In this document: piece by piece, positions 1-8,477 of the stretch | Layout: the number at the start of each line of letters is the position of its first letter | How positions within the stretch are numbered: position 1 is the first letter of the stretch | Virus record (IMG/VR): IMGVR_UViG_3300006735_000022 | Coordinates: 20,936-84,935 of that record | Length of the DNA: 64,000 bases | Reading direction: 5' to 3' (one strand) | DNA from: a virus | Notes under the pieces: model-generated | Database searches by the model: none | Told to the model about the DNA's origin: nothing | Seen by the model: the letters and a program-made list of their open reading frames with translations, nothing else | Made by a program: the position numbers and the translations under genes

Positions 1-1
1 T

Positions 2-820
2 GTCCTGTGGTCAGGTGGTATTGATAGTACCGCAGTATTTTGGGCACTACAAAAAACTGGTCACCCATTCAATCTGCACTTTGATCCTGTTGCAGAGACA
101 GAGCATCCTTTTTTGTGGGATCTTCTCCATAAGAATAAGTTTCCCCAAGTAACTTTGTGTAATAATTATGGGATGGGACTCATTGATGATTATGCCGATG
201 ACCCAGACCATTACTTTGTTATGGGTGAACCTGGAGATAATATACACGGTGCAGGTAGGTCATTTATCTTCAGTAAAGAACAAAGGAATGCTCCATACCA
301 TGAGAATGTTCCAGAGTATATTGACAAGATGTTGTTTCAGTCAGTAATGGAGGTACTCAATAAACCTGATGCTAATTTGAAGCAATGGCATTGGGCAATG
401 AGTTACACGTGTAAATATCAATATTGTATGCTTCGTTCTATTAGAAACTTTCATCTGTATTGTTACGACCGTCCTGGTATCCCGGCAAACCTTCATCTTT
501 TTTATGACACCCCTAATTTCAACAGGTGGTCTATTACAAATCAAACAGAGAATAGTGCATGGCAAGAACATCGTGAGTATAAGATGCCCGCTAAAGACTA
601 TTGTCTAGTAAATGGTGACTCTCAAGATTATAGGGATAATAAATTGAAAGTCCCATCATCTAACAGGGAACGTTTGACTATGTTTACTAAACCTTGTTCT
701 GGTATGGTTGTAGATGAGGATTGGATGTTGGTTATCAAAAGAACTTTTGGTTCTTCAGCACCTGATATTGAATACGGTGGTAGAACTCTAAGGAACGGAG
801 AAGTAAGTAGACTACCATGA
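2..820 (+). CDS. PP-loop (N-type ATP pyrophosphatase superfamily) protein, 5'-truncated by window edge
   Basis: Frame is open upstream of the track's 113 start; from nt 2 it reads VLWSGGIDSTAVFWAL (SGGxDS PP-loop). Confidence 0.65.
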   Translation, partial: VLWSGGIDSTAVFWALQKTGHPFNLHFDPVAETEHPFLWDLLHKNKFPQVTLCNNYGMGLIDDYADDPDHYFVMGEPGDNIHGAGRSFIFSKEQRNAPYHENVPEYIDKMLFQSVMEVLNKPDANLKQWHWAMSYTCKYQYCMLRSIRNFHLYCYDRPGIPANLHLFYDTPNFNRWSITNQTENSAWQEHREYKMPAKDYCLVNGDSQDYRDNKLKVPSSNRERLTMFTKPCSGMVVDEDWMLVIKRTFGSSAPDIEYGGRTLRNGEVSRLP

Positions 821-1824
821 AAAGATCTAACACTCGGTTAGCAGATGTCAATGAAATTTTTTGTACATTTCTTCTGAATAACAGACAATTTCCTGACCCT
901 GCTACCGAAAGGGAATTCAAAAGGAAAGTTACTTTACTATCTGATAAAGAAATTGCAGAGCAGACTGGTCGTGCTCGTGTGATGGTAAAGGAGTTCTTGA
1001 GGATAGCAGGTGCTAAGGGATATCAGTTTCCCAAAGCAGTTTATTGGACTGCTAGACCTGGTTTCAACTTCCAACAATTATTGGGTGTCAAAATAAACCA
1101 GAACAAGTTCCCTGCTGACATCCTAGTGGAGTTTAGGGGTGGTGGATTCCTTGGGTTCTCTGCAAAATCAACTACCAGTGGTGATGTGGGATTCAAAAAC
1201 CCTGGTATGGGAACAGTTGATAGGGAATTGGGTATCAACAATACAGATTACGTCACAAAGCAAGAGCAAGTTATACGAAACGTGTATAAGGACTTTGGGC
1301 GTTTGAGTAATGAGTTGAGATCAAACCAAATGAGAAAATGGAAAGAGGCTGCAGACCCTAAGTTCCTTGATATATCACGTAGGGGATCTAAAGTAGAGAC
1401 ATACTGTAGGAATAGGTTGCTTACACGTCTCAATCAAATGGTTACTCAAGAAGAACGCAGAGATTATATTATTGGTAGTTGGTTAGATGCCACTGATGCA
1501 TATCCTCCTTATCTAAAAGTGACTGGTAATGGTACAGCAGAAGAAGTTCAATTGCCCATACCACTTCCTCCTGTTCCGTTCGCTCAACAAATTCTAAATT
1601 TAGTATTTCCTCCTGGTTGGGGAGGTAGGTTCACTGCAACGGTGTATGATCCTATGCAGAACAGTAAGATGGATGCATTGAACACTAAAAAGATTACATT
1701 CACCAAAGCAGGTAGTAATAGTATTGCGGTGAAGGCAGGACAGAAACCTCTGTTCAATATGAGATATAAGTTTTCCGGTTACAAATTTGCTAGTAGTATG
1801 AAACTCTCAGGAGACCCACGATGA
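817..1824 (+). CDS. PD-(D/E)xK restriction-endonuclease-like protein
   Basis: 335 aa; FPADILVEF...LGFSAK resembles the PD-x(n)-SxK nuclease core; ATGA coupling at both ends. Confidence 0.45.
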   Translation: MKRSNTRLADVNEIFCTFLLNNRQFPDPATEREFKRKVTLLSDKEIAEQTGRARVMVKEFLRIAGAKGYQFPKAVYWTARPGFNFQQLLGVKINQNKFPADILVEFRGGGFLGFSAKSTTSGDVGFKNPGMGTVDRELGINNTDYVTKQEQVIRNVYKDFGRLSNELRSNQMRKWKEAADPKFLDISRRGSKVETYCRNRLLTRLNQMVTQEERRDYIIGSWLDATDAYPPYLKVTGNGTAEEVQLPIPLPPVPFAQQILNLVFPPGWGGRFTATVYDPMQNSKMDALNTKKITFTKAGSNSIAVKAGQKPLFNMRYKFSGYKFASSMKLSGDPR

Positions 1825-2123
1825 ACGAACTAATCGATTCCTTTATCGAAATTTATAGAGCAACACCAGAGGGAAACCGAAGGATGTCGAAGAAGAGACA
1901 GATGGAAAGTTTCATGAGGTTTATACTCATGCTAACAGACAACAATAAATATAAGCAGTATCGCACACCAATTTTGGTGTGGGTTCAGAACTATCAAAAC
2001 CAAATTTACAGTAAACTCAGTGAAGAAGTTCTCGACCTTCATAACAGAAGCCAGAATAACAAAGGCATCGCAAGAAGCGAGGCGTTTGGGACTCGTCGGA
2101 GACGGTCACGGAGACTGGTATGA
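1821..2123 (+). CDS. hypothetical protein
   Basis: ATGA-coupled ORF; 3' end overlaps the next gene by 104 nt. Confidence 0.45.
   Translation: MNELIDSFIEIYRATPEGNRRMSKKRQMESFMRFILMLTDNNKYKQYRTPILVWVQNYQNQIYSKLSEEVLDLHNRSQNNKGIARSEAFGTRRRRSRRLV
1945..1951 (+). promoter_or_regulatory. T4-type late promoter ATAAATA
   Basis: ATAAATA about 70 nt upstream of the 2020 start. Confidence 0.4.
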
Positions 2124-2916
2124 TCGTCAGGGCAACCTGAAAGCGAAGACTGTAAAGGGTGAACTGGAGATGTTCTCTGGTCGCAATTCTGATGATGATG
2201 AACTAGGTACTGCTGGATCAAAAGCTGCCTCTGTTGTTGCTAGACGCACCAAAGGGGACGGTGATGATTACGCTAGGAAGGTTGCTACTGGTGGTCCTTC
2301 TTCTGCAGAACCCAATCCTAATTCCGCAAATGGTCAAGCTAAAGCGGCACTGCAGCAGGTGAGTCGTGAGAACCCACTCACCATTGCGTTCGATAAGTTT
2401 GACAAGGATGAAATTACTGCTAACATACTAACCACAGTGGAAGAAATTTCCGGTGGTACATACTATTATGTGTTCCCTAGCAGGGACACGAACATTCAGG
2501 AACTAAAAGATGCATATCCTGAGGTTGGCGATGCCTTCGTTGACGACCCCAATGCCGAGACCATCTACGATGTCCTCTCGTCGCTCTATGAAAACGGTTT
2601 TGATGCAATTAGTATCGTTGTACGACAGTCAAGAGCAAAAGAAATCTCAGAGTTAGCACTCAAAGCTAACGGACAACTCTACAATTATGTGATGTTGAAT
2701 GTCATCCCAGTAGATGAGCGTACTGTTCGTGAGCAGTACATCGCTGGAGACATTTTTCAGAACGGAACCATGATTGAATCTAACGGTAAAGTGGGTCAAG
2801 TTTTCCGTAGAGGTGCCAATCATTTGATTTGTATGGGAGAAAATAAACAGGTTTTTAGGGCATGGATTTCTGATGCTAAGCAGGTAGATAAGTTTCTGTT
2901 ACCCCAAGACTTCTGA
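2020..2916 (+). CDS. cyanophage cytidylyltransferase-like protein (degenerate active site), probable internal head protein
   Basis: Family-like N-terminus MKKFSTFITEA...GLVGDGHGDWYD and C-terminal REQYIAGDIF...RRGANHLI; HxGH motif absent. Confidence 0.6.
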   Translation: MKKFSTFITEARITKASQEARRLGLVGDGHGDWYDRQGNLKAKTVKGELEMFSGRNSDDDELGTAGSKAASVVARRTKGDGDDYARKVATGGPSSAEPNPNSANGQAKAALQQVSRENPLTIAFDKFDKDEITANILTTVEEISGGTYYYVFPSRDTNIQELKDAYPEVGDAFVDDPNAETIYDVLSSLYENGFDAISIVVRQSRAKEISELALKANGQLYNYVMLNVIPVDERTVREQYIAGDIFQNGTMIESNGKVGQVFRRGANHLICMGENKQVFRAWISDAKQVDKFLLPQDF

Positions 2917-2922
2917 GCACAC

Positions 2923-2943
2923 TAAATAATTGAACGGTAAATA
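2923..2943 (+). promoter_or_regulatory. tandem late promoters TAAATA
   Basis: TAAATA at 2923 and 2938, directly upstream of ATG 2955. Confidence 0.55.
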
Positions 2944-2954
2944 ACGTTCGTAAG

Positions 2955-4655
2955 ATGAGCAACCCTTGGGCACAGTCTTTTGATGACTTGCGTCGTCCTT
3001 ATCTTGAGGAGAAAAAGGATCGTGACGGCGACGGTAAAGTAGAGTCAGATTCTAAAGAGCATGCTGGATTAGTTCACAATGCTATTCAGCGTGCTAAGGG
3101 TGGCAAGCCTGACGGTAAGGACACTCGTAAAGAAGCCTTTACTATGGCTGCTGACCCTGAGAAGAGGGCAATTCCTCGTCCTACTAAGAAGGCAGAGGAT
3201 AAGAAAGGTAAGAGTTTGAAGTCTCGTGCCATCAAGGCAGTGGGAACTCAGCGTCGTCAAGACAAAGAAGTTGGTATTTCTGGTACGAAGAAGGAAGAGA
3301 CTGAGTTCGCTGGTAATTACGAAGGTCCCCTTTACGCTCCCTGGACTAAAGTAGAGGAAGGTAAGAAGAAAGGACTCTGGGACAACATCCATGCCAAGCG
3401 TAAGCGTGGTGAGAAACCTGCCAAGAAGGGTGATAAGGACTATCCCAAGACTCTGAACGTTGAGAATCAGCAGGTGGATGAAGATCTGGCAGGTATGGTT
3501 GATAAGGCAACCAAAGCAGGTCAAGCTGGTCTAGAGAAAATTGGTGTAAAAATCAATCGCACTCCGAGATCCACTGCTCGTCCTTCTCGCAAAGCCAGCG
3601 AGGTGATGCGTCAGAATAAGATGAGTAATGAGGAGCAAGAGCATGCTGATCAGGTAGAACTTCAGGGTGAGGCATACACCATCACCAATGCTGATGTAAA
3701 GGGTAACACTCCTGCATACCGCAACTACAAGGCGGGTATGAAGAGCAAGACCACCGGCAAACCAATGTACAACTTGGCACCCCATGTAAAAATGGCTGAC
3801 TCAGTTGAGTTGGAAGGTGATGCAATTGAAGAAGGCAGCATGAAGGCAGCACGTAAGAACGTGGGCGCTAGCACCTGCTGGAAAGGGTACAAGGCAAAGG
3901 GCACCAAGATGAAGGGCGGTAAGACTGTCCCCAACTGTGTCAAGGAATACTCCGACTGGCGGGAGGAGATGGGCGAAGGTTTTTTTTCCGAAGCCGCTAA
4001 GCGTCAACAGTCACTAGACATCAAGACGAGCGGCGTAAAAAATAAGGTTGAGATCAATCCCGAACTCAAGACCGAAGGTGCATGCTCCGATAAACCCATG
4101 GAACGTCTGAAGACTGACCGTGATGGTTATCGTGTTCCTCAAAAAGATGCCGATGCTGCTAAGGCACGGATCATGGCGAAGACCAAGAAGAAGCGTGAGC
4201 AGGCAAAGGAAAACATCATGAAGGGTCCTCTCCTTCCTGGTGAAGGTCGCAAGGTGTACCCCAAAGGTGCTGCTCCCAAGGCAACTGGTGCCAAACTTCC
4301 TCTTGCTAACTCCTACAATCCAATGCTGGACTCTGTAGAAGAGCAAGCACTCCAGATGATTGAGCGTACTCGTTTCGCTAAAGAGAAGGGTACAGATTCT
4401 CAGACTGGTAAAGAGTCTAAGAAAGGTGGTAAGAAACCATCCGGTGCATTTGCTGCAGTCAGTGCTGGTCTTCGTAAGTCCGGTGGCATGATGTCCTCTA
4501 GGGGTAAAGCAATCGCACCTCAAGGAAAGAAAAAAGAAAAAGGTGCCAAGGGTCCTAAAGGTGTAACTCCTGTGGATAAGATCAAGGGTCAACTTGCTAA
4601 GAAGAGAGCACCCAAACCCAACCCATACAAGGCACGTGCTGGGGAGTCCGACTGA
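2955..4655 (+). CDS. Lys-rich modular protein, probable internal head polyprotein
   Basis: 566 aa; basic modules (GLWDNIHAKRKRGEKPA, CWKGYKAKGTKMKGGKTVPNCVKE) separated by acidic linkers ending in Glu; late promoter upstream. Confidence 0.6.
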   Translation: MSNPWAQSFDDLRRPYLEEKKDRDGDGKVESDSKEHAGLVHNAIQRAKGGKPDGKDTRKEAFTMAADPEKRAIPRPTKKAEDKKGKSLKSRAIKAVGTQRRQDKEVGISGTKKEETEFAGNYEGPLYAPWTKVEEGKKKGLWDNIHAKRKRGEKPAKKGDKDYPKTLNVENQQVDEDLAGMVDKATKAGQAGLEKIGVKINRTPRSTARPSRKASEVMRQNKMSNEEQEHADQVELQGEAYTITNADVKGNTPAYRNYKAGMKSKTTGKPMYNLAPHVKMADSVELEGDAIEEGSMKAARKNVGASTCWKGYKAKGTKMKGGKTVPNCVKEYSDWREEMGEGFFSEAAKRQQSLDIKTSGVKNKVEINPELKTEGACSDKPMERLKTDRDGYRVPQKDADAAKARIMAKTKKKREQAKENIMKGPLLPGEGRKVYPKGAAPKATGAKLPLANSYNPMLDSVEEQALQMIERTRFAKEKGTDSQTGKESKKGGKKPSGAFAAVSAGLRKSGGMMSSRGKAIAPQGKKKEKGAKGPKGVTPVDKIKGQLAKKRAPKPNPYKARAGESD

Positions 4656-5716
4656 TGAAAAGTTTTAGGGAATTCCGCGAAGACGTAGAACTTACTGATG
4701 CATATGGTGATACCTTTGCCGTCATTCAGGATGTGGTAAAGGTAGAACCAATGAAACCCACATGGCAGGGCAACACAGACCTGCCTTATGCTCCAGTTTT
4801 TGACGATGGTCCTCCTTTGCAGGAGAACAACCCTCGTCGAACCGGAATCCCTAACAACCCTAATATCCTACAGAGAATTGATGCAATGCTTCCGGGCAAT
4901 GCAATGACATATCAGGGTTTCAGACAGCAAACTTACTCTCCCACCCCCTATAAAAGTCCTTATACTGGACCAAACTATACGGGTAATAGGGTAGACGTTG
5001 ATAACTATCGTGCTGGTGGTGGTAATGCTGCCATGGCAGGTGGTCAGACTGCTGATCAAGTTAGAGCACAGGGTGCTAAGAATTTGAAAGCAAGACCTAA
5101 GCAACCCAATGTTCATAATTGGACAGACAATGGCGTAAAAAATTATGCCGGTAGTCCTCCAATGAGATTCAAAGTGGGTGAATCTATCGTCCGTGAAGGA
5201 GTTGCCAAGTCACTTCAAGAAAAACCAGGTGATGGTTATCTTGGACCAACGATGAAGATCGGTGGCAAACCATATGGGATTCCAAATCCTATTCGTATCG
5301 CTCAAGATTACTCAGATACTAGACAAAGTATAGACCAAGCAAAGGTAGATTTCGCCAGGCGTCATCGTGTTGGCAACGCATCAATGCCAAAATGGAAACC
5401 TTATAACAAACAAAACAGCACTGCTACTAAGGTTCTGCTTCCTGGTTTTGAGAAAGCTCGGCAGAAGGCATCGCAATATGAATCTGCTGCATGGCAGCGT
5501 AAGGAAGGTAAGAATAAGAAGGGTGGATTGAATGAAAAAGGACGCAAATCCTACGAACGCGAGAATCCTGGTTCTGATCTCAAGGCTCCTCAACCTGAAG
5601 GGGGTCCTAGAAAGCGATCCTTCTGTGCGAGAATGGGTGGAGTCAAAGGACCAATGAAAAAACCTAACGGTGAACCTACTCGTAAGGCATTAGCACTTAG
5701 GAAGTGGAAGTGCTGA
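4655..5716 (+). CDS. modular protein with C-terminal DUF6321-like domain, probable internal head protein
   Basis: N-terminus MKSFREFRED; C-terminus AAWQRKEGKN..GGLNEKGR...SFCARM...LRKWKC. Confidence 0.6.
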   Translation: MKSFREFREDVELTDAYGDTFAVIQDVVKVEPMKPTWQGNTDLPYAPVFDDGPPLQENNPRRTGIPNNPNILQRIDAMLPGNAMTYQGFRQQTYSPTPYKSPYTGPNYTGNRVDVDNYRAGGGNAAMAGGQTADQVRAQGAKNLKARPKQPNVHNWTDNGVKNYAGSPPMRFKVGESIVREGVAKSLQEKPGDGYLGPTMKIGGKPYGIPNPIRIAQDYSDTRQSIDQAKVDFARRHRVGNASMPKWKPYNKQNSTATKVLLPGFEKARQKASQYESAAWQRKEGKNKKGGLNEKGRKSYERENPGSDLKAPQPEGGPRKRSFCARMGGVKGPMKKPNGEPTRKALALRKWKC

Positions 5717-5748
5717 GTTGATATATAGTTTGATGTCCGCATCAATGA

Positions 5749-5952
5749 ATGATGGGTTTCCTACTTCCTTTAGCATCTAAAATTGTGATGGATGCTGTTG
5801 CCAAGATCCCCGAGAACGAGGAACTGGGCGAGATGATGATCAACGTTTGTGTCGCTATCCTTCGCAAAGCAGTTGCAATGACTAAAACTGAGATGGATGA
5901 CATCCTTCTCGAACAAGTTGTTGCTGCTATCAAAGCAAAGGACGAGGACTGA
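5749..5952 (+). CDS. conserved hypothetical protein
   Basis: 67-aa helical ORF. Confidence 0.6.
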   Translation: MMGFLLPLASKIVMDAVAKIPENEELGEMMINVCVAILRKAVAMTKTEMDDILLEQVVAAIKAKDED

Positions 5953-5953
5953 C

Positions 5954-5960
5954 ATAAATA
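5954..5960 (+). promoter_or_regulatory. late promoter ATAAATA
   Basis: Intergenic, 27 nt before ATG 5987. Confidence 0.6.
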
Positions 5961-5986
5961 TCTAAACGACTAACCACGAGAAACAC

Positions 5987-6553
5987 ATGGCACTTTGGGG
6001 AGCATCGGACGCAGACGAATCTAAGCCAAAGAATTTGACTGCTACCGAGAAGAAAGAAGTTTATGCTACCGACGCAGGTTGGGTCCTTCGGGGTGGGTCT
6101 GCGCTGACTGGTTGTGACAATACTGATGCTACTCCTGAATTGCTCGTGGCAATCAGTGGTCTGTCCGTGTCCGTTGGTGCTGCTGACATCACTAACATTG
6201 ATCTTCTGACTACCTCCTTCAGCAAGGCTGCTGGTGGTACGTTGTCTGTCCGTGTGACATTCAACGAAGAAGTCGATGTTACTGGTACACCTCAACTCGA
6301 ACTTGACAACGATACCAATAGCAACCACACCCTGTCTTACGCCTCTGGTACAGGTACCTATCGTCTCCTGTTCACGCTTGCCCTCGGTGCTGGTGCTGCT
6401 GCAACGGATGCAGATGACGTTCTCTCCGTTGGCGCTGATGCTATTTCCTTGAACGGTGGCACAATCAAGGACAAAGGTACTAACACTACCTCTACTATCA
6501 CTAACTCCGCCGCTATTGGTACTGCTGCAGGGTCACTTACCGTTGCTGCATGA
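5987..6553 (+). CDS. virion structural/decoration protein with Ig-like domain
   Basis: MALWG N-terminus; VTFNEEVDVTGTPQL...YASGTGT..LLFT beta-sandwich motif; Thr/Ala/Gly rich; late promoter. Confidence 0.6.
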   Translation: MALWGASDADESKPKNLTATEKKEVYATDAGWVLRGGSALTGCDNTDATPELLVAISGLSVSVGAADITNIDLLTTSFSKAAGGTLSVRVTFNEEVDVTGTPQLELDNDTNSNHTLSYASGTGTYRLLFTLALGAGAAATDADDVLSVGADAISLNGGTIKDKGTNTTSTITNSAAIGTAAGSLTVAA

Positions 6554-6560
6554 TTACTAA

Positions 6561-6935
6561 ATGCGATTTGATGAACTAAATGATGATAACTATTTGTTAT
6601 TTGCCATAAAATATTACGAAAATCCTCTTGCGGCAACAATGGAGGATTTTCAAAACGATATGAGGCGATTCAAATATATCAAAAGGTTATTGAAGAAGTA
6701 TCAAACTCAAGGTGGTGAACTAAAGTATCATCTAATCTTGAATCACTTGATCATTTGCTTCAACATCTTTGATGAAGGTGCTGTTCCCTTGTTATTCTAC
6801 AAAATTGATCAGGAATACTGGTCAATGCTCAAGACATTTCTGCTTTTCCTGAACAGAATTCCAGAGTATCCTAAGTCTGGATTGGATGATCTACCAATCG
6901 ATCAGGAAGTATACGACATTCTGAACACAATCTAA
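6561..6935 (+). CDS. conserved T4-like hypothetical protein
   Basis: FAIKYYENP...RFKYIKRLL...HLILNHLI motif seen next to primase in T4-like phages. Confidence 0.7.
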   Translation: MRFDELNDDNYLLFAIKYYENPLAATMEDFQNDMRRFKYIKRLLKKYQTQGGELKYHLILNHLIICFNIFDEGAVPLLFYKIDQEYWSMLKTFLLFLNRIPEYPKSGLDDLPIDQEVYDILNTI

Positions 6936-7117
6936 TGGATGATTCTAAGTTAGAACGTATACTAAATATTATCCGAGAGGATGTTCCCACGAATAGTATT
7001 TCGGGGGGAAAGATTGCAGGTTCTGAGGAAGCAGGTGATGATCCTCCGGTAAGGAGAAAGAAAAAAAAGTATGCTTACCTTGGTCCCCGTTCACGTAAGA
7101 CCTGGATGCCAAAGTGA
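6935..7117 (+). CDS. hypothetical protein
   Basis: 60 aa, coupled at both ends, basic C-terminus. Confidence 0.55.
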   Translation: MDDSKLERILNIIREDVPTNSISGGKIAGSEEAGDDPPVRRKKKKYAYLGPRSRKTWMPK

Positions 7118-7494
7118 TCAACGATCAGGTAAACACAGCCATACTTGAGAGACTGGAAAAAGTTGTAGAGTCACTTCAGGATAACTCCGTGAAGATGGGT
7201 CAACTTCTTGCTGTTCATAATGAAAAATTAGATAAACAAGATAGAATTGATGCAGTCCTCTTTGATAAAGTGGAGGAACTGCGAACTGAATTTCATGCTG
7301 AAGCAGATATTATAAAGAAGGGGTGTGAGCGAGACATACGCCTCATTGATGTTCGCTTGAGAACTTTAGAAAAGAAAATGTGGAGTATTGCAGGATCGCT
7401 AGCAGTGATCAGTGTCCTGGTATCTCCTATAGGTCAGAGAATGGTGGGAGCTTTGACTGGACAGACCTCTAGTGCTATAGTGAACCCGAAGTAA
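7114..7494 (+). CDS. coiled-coil protein with C-terminal hydrophobic helix
   Basis: Heptad pattern followed by WSIAGSLAVISVLVSPI. Confidence 0.6.
   Translation: MINDQVNTAILERLEKVVESLQDNSVKMGQLLAVHNEKLDKQDRIDAVLFDKVEELRTEFHAEADIIKKGCERDIRLIDVRLRTLEKKMWSIAGSLAVISVLVSPIGQRMVGALTGQTSSAIVNPK
7453..7481 (+). promoter_or_regulatory. sigma70-type promoter for primase/nrdAB
   Basis: TTGACT-N17-TATAGT. Confidence 0.6.
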
Positions 7495-7505
7495 CTCTAA
7501 GCACC

Positions 7506-8477
7506 GTGCTACACATCGACAGCAAGTATATCGCGTTGGTGTCTGCTCGCTTGAAGAAGTTCAAGAAGACTAAGGACGACCTGTATACATTCAGGTGTCC
7601 TTATTGTGGCGACTCCAAGAAGAATAAGAATAAGACTAGGGGATACCTCTACAAGATAAAGACCGACTTCAACTTCAAGTGTCATAACTGTGGTGAGTCA
7701 AGGTCTTTTACATACTTCCTGAAGCACATGGACTCCAGGTTATATGATCAGTATGTGATGGAAAGGTATAAGCAAGGCATCACAGGTATAGCATCAAATA
7801 CACCTGATCCTGTCTACACTGGTAGGAAACCGGTATTCAAAAGGAAATTAGATCTACCTAAAGCGTCAGAGAATGCCACAGCAGTAGCGTATTTGACCAA
7901 ACGTTCTTTGGATCCTGACAAATATTTCTACGCTGAAAATTTTCAAAGATTTTGTAATACATTCAAACCAACGTATGAAAAAATCTATAAAGATCATGCA
8001 AGAATTATCATTCCAATGTATGATGTAGACAAGAAACTTATTGGGTTTCAGGGGAGGGCGTTGGACAGCAATGTACAACCTAAATATCTCACCATGATGC
8101 TCGATGAGGACCATCCTAAAGTATATGGCTTAGAAAAAATTGACAAAGAAAAGACTGTATTCGTTACAGAGGGACCGTTCGACTCCGACTTCCTTGCCAA
8201 TGCTATTGCTATGTGTGGTAGCGATGTTGACCTTAGCAGTATGGATTATAGATTCGTATTCGTATACGACAACGAGCCCCGTTCCAGGGAAATCGTCTCT
8301 AAAATTACTAAGACCATCGACAAAGCCTTACCGGTGGTAATCTTCCCCTCAAATGTGCATGAAAAAGATCTGAACGACATGGTTCTCGCTGGACACGATG
8401 TCCAAAACCTGATAGAATCTAATACTTACAAAGGATTAGAAGCAAAACTAAAACTTCAAACGTGGAAAAGAGTATGA
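7506..8477 (+). CDS. gp61: DNA primase (T4 gp61-like)
   Basis: Zn ribbon RCPYCGDS..KCHNCG; TOPRIM motifs VTEGPFDS and YDNEPR. Confidence 0.95.
   Translation: MLHIDSKYIALVSARLKKFKKTKDDLYTFRCPYCGDSKKNKNKTRGYLYKIKTDFNFKCHNCGESRSFTYFLKHMDSRLYDQYVMERYKQGITGIASNTPDPVYTGRKPVFKRKLDLPKASENATAVAYLTKRSLDPDKYFYAENFQRFCNTFKPTYEKIYKDHARIIIPMYDVDKKLIGFQGRALDSNVQPKYLTMMLDEDHPKVYGLEKIDKEKTVFVTEGPFDSDFLANAIAMCGSDVDLSSMDYRFVFVYDNEPRSREIVSKITKTIDKALPVVIFPSNVHEKDLNDMVLAGHDVQNLIESNTYKGLEAKLKLQTWKRV

Noticed and set aside
2-820. QueC / 7-deazaguanine DNA modification pathway
   Set aside because: No QueC Zn motif and no folE, queD or dpdA in the window; the radical SAM proteins do not look like QueE
3069-4592. Long antisense ORFs opposite the Lys-rich gene (and opposite psbA, psbD, rfbH)
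   Set aside because: Codon-bias shadows with no motifs or expression signals
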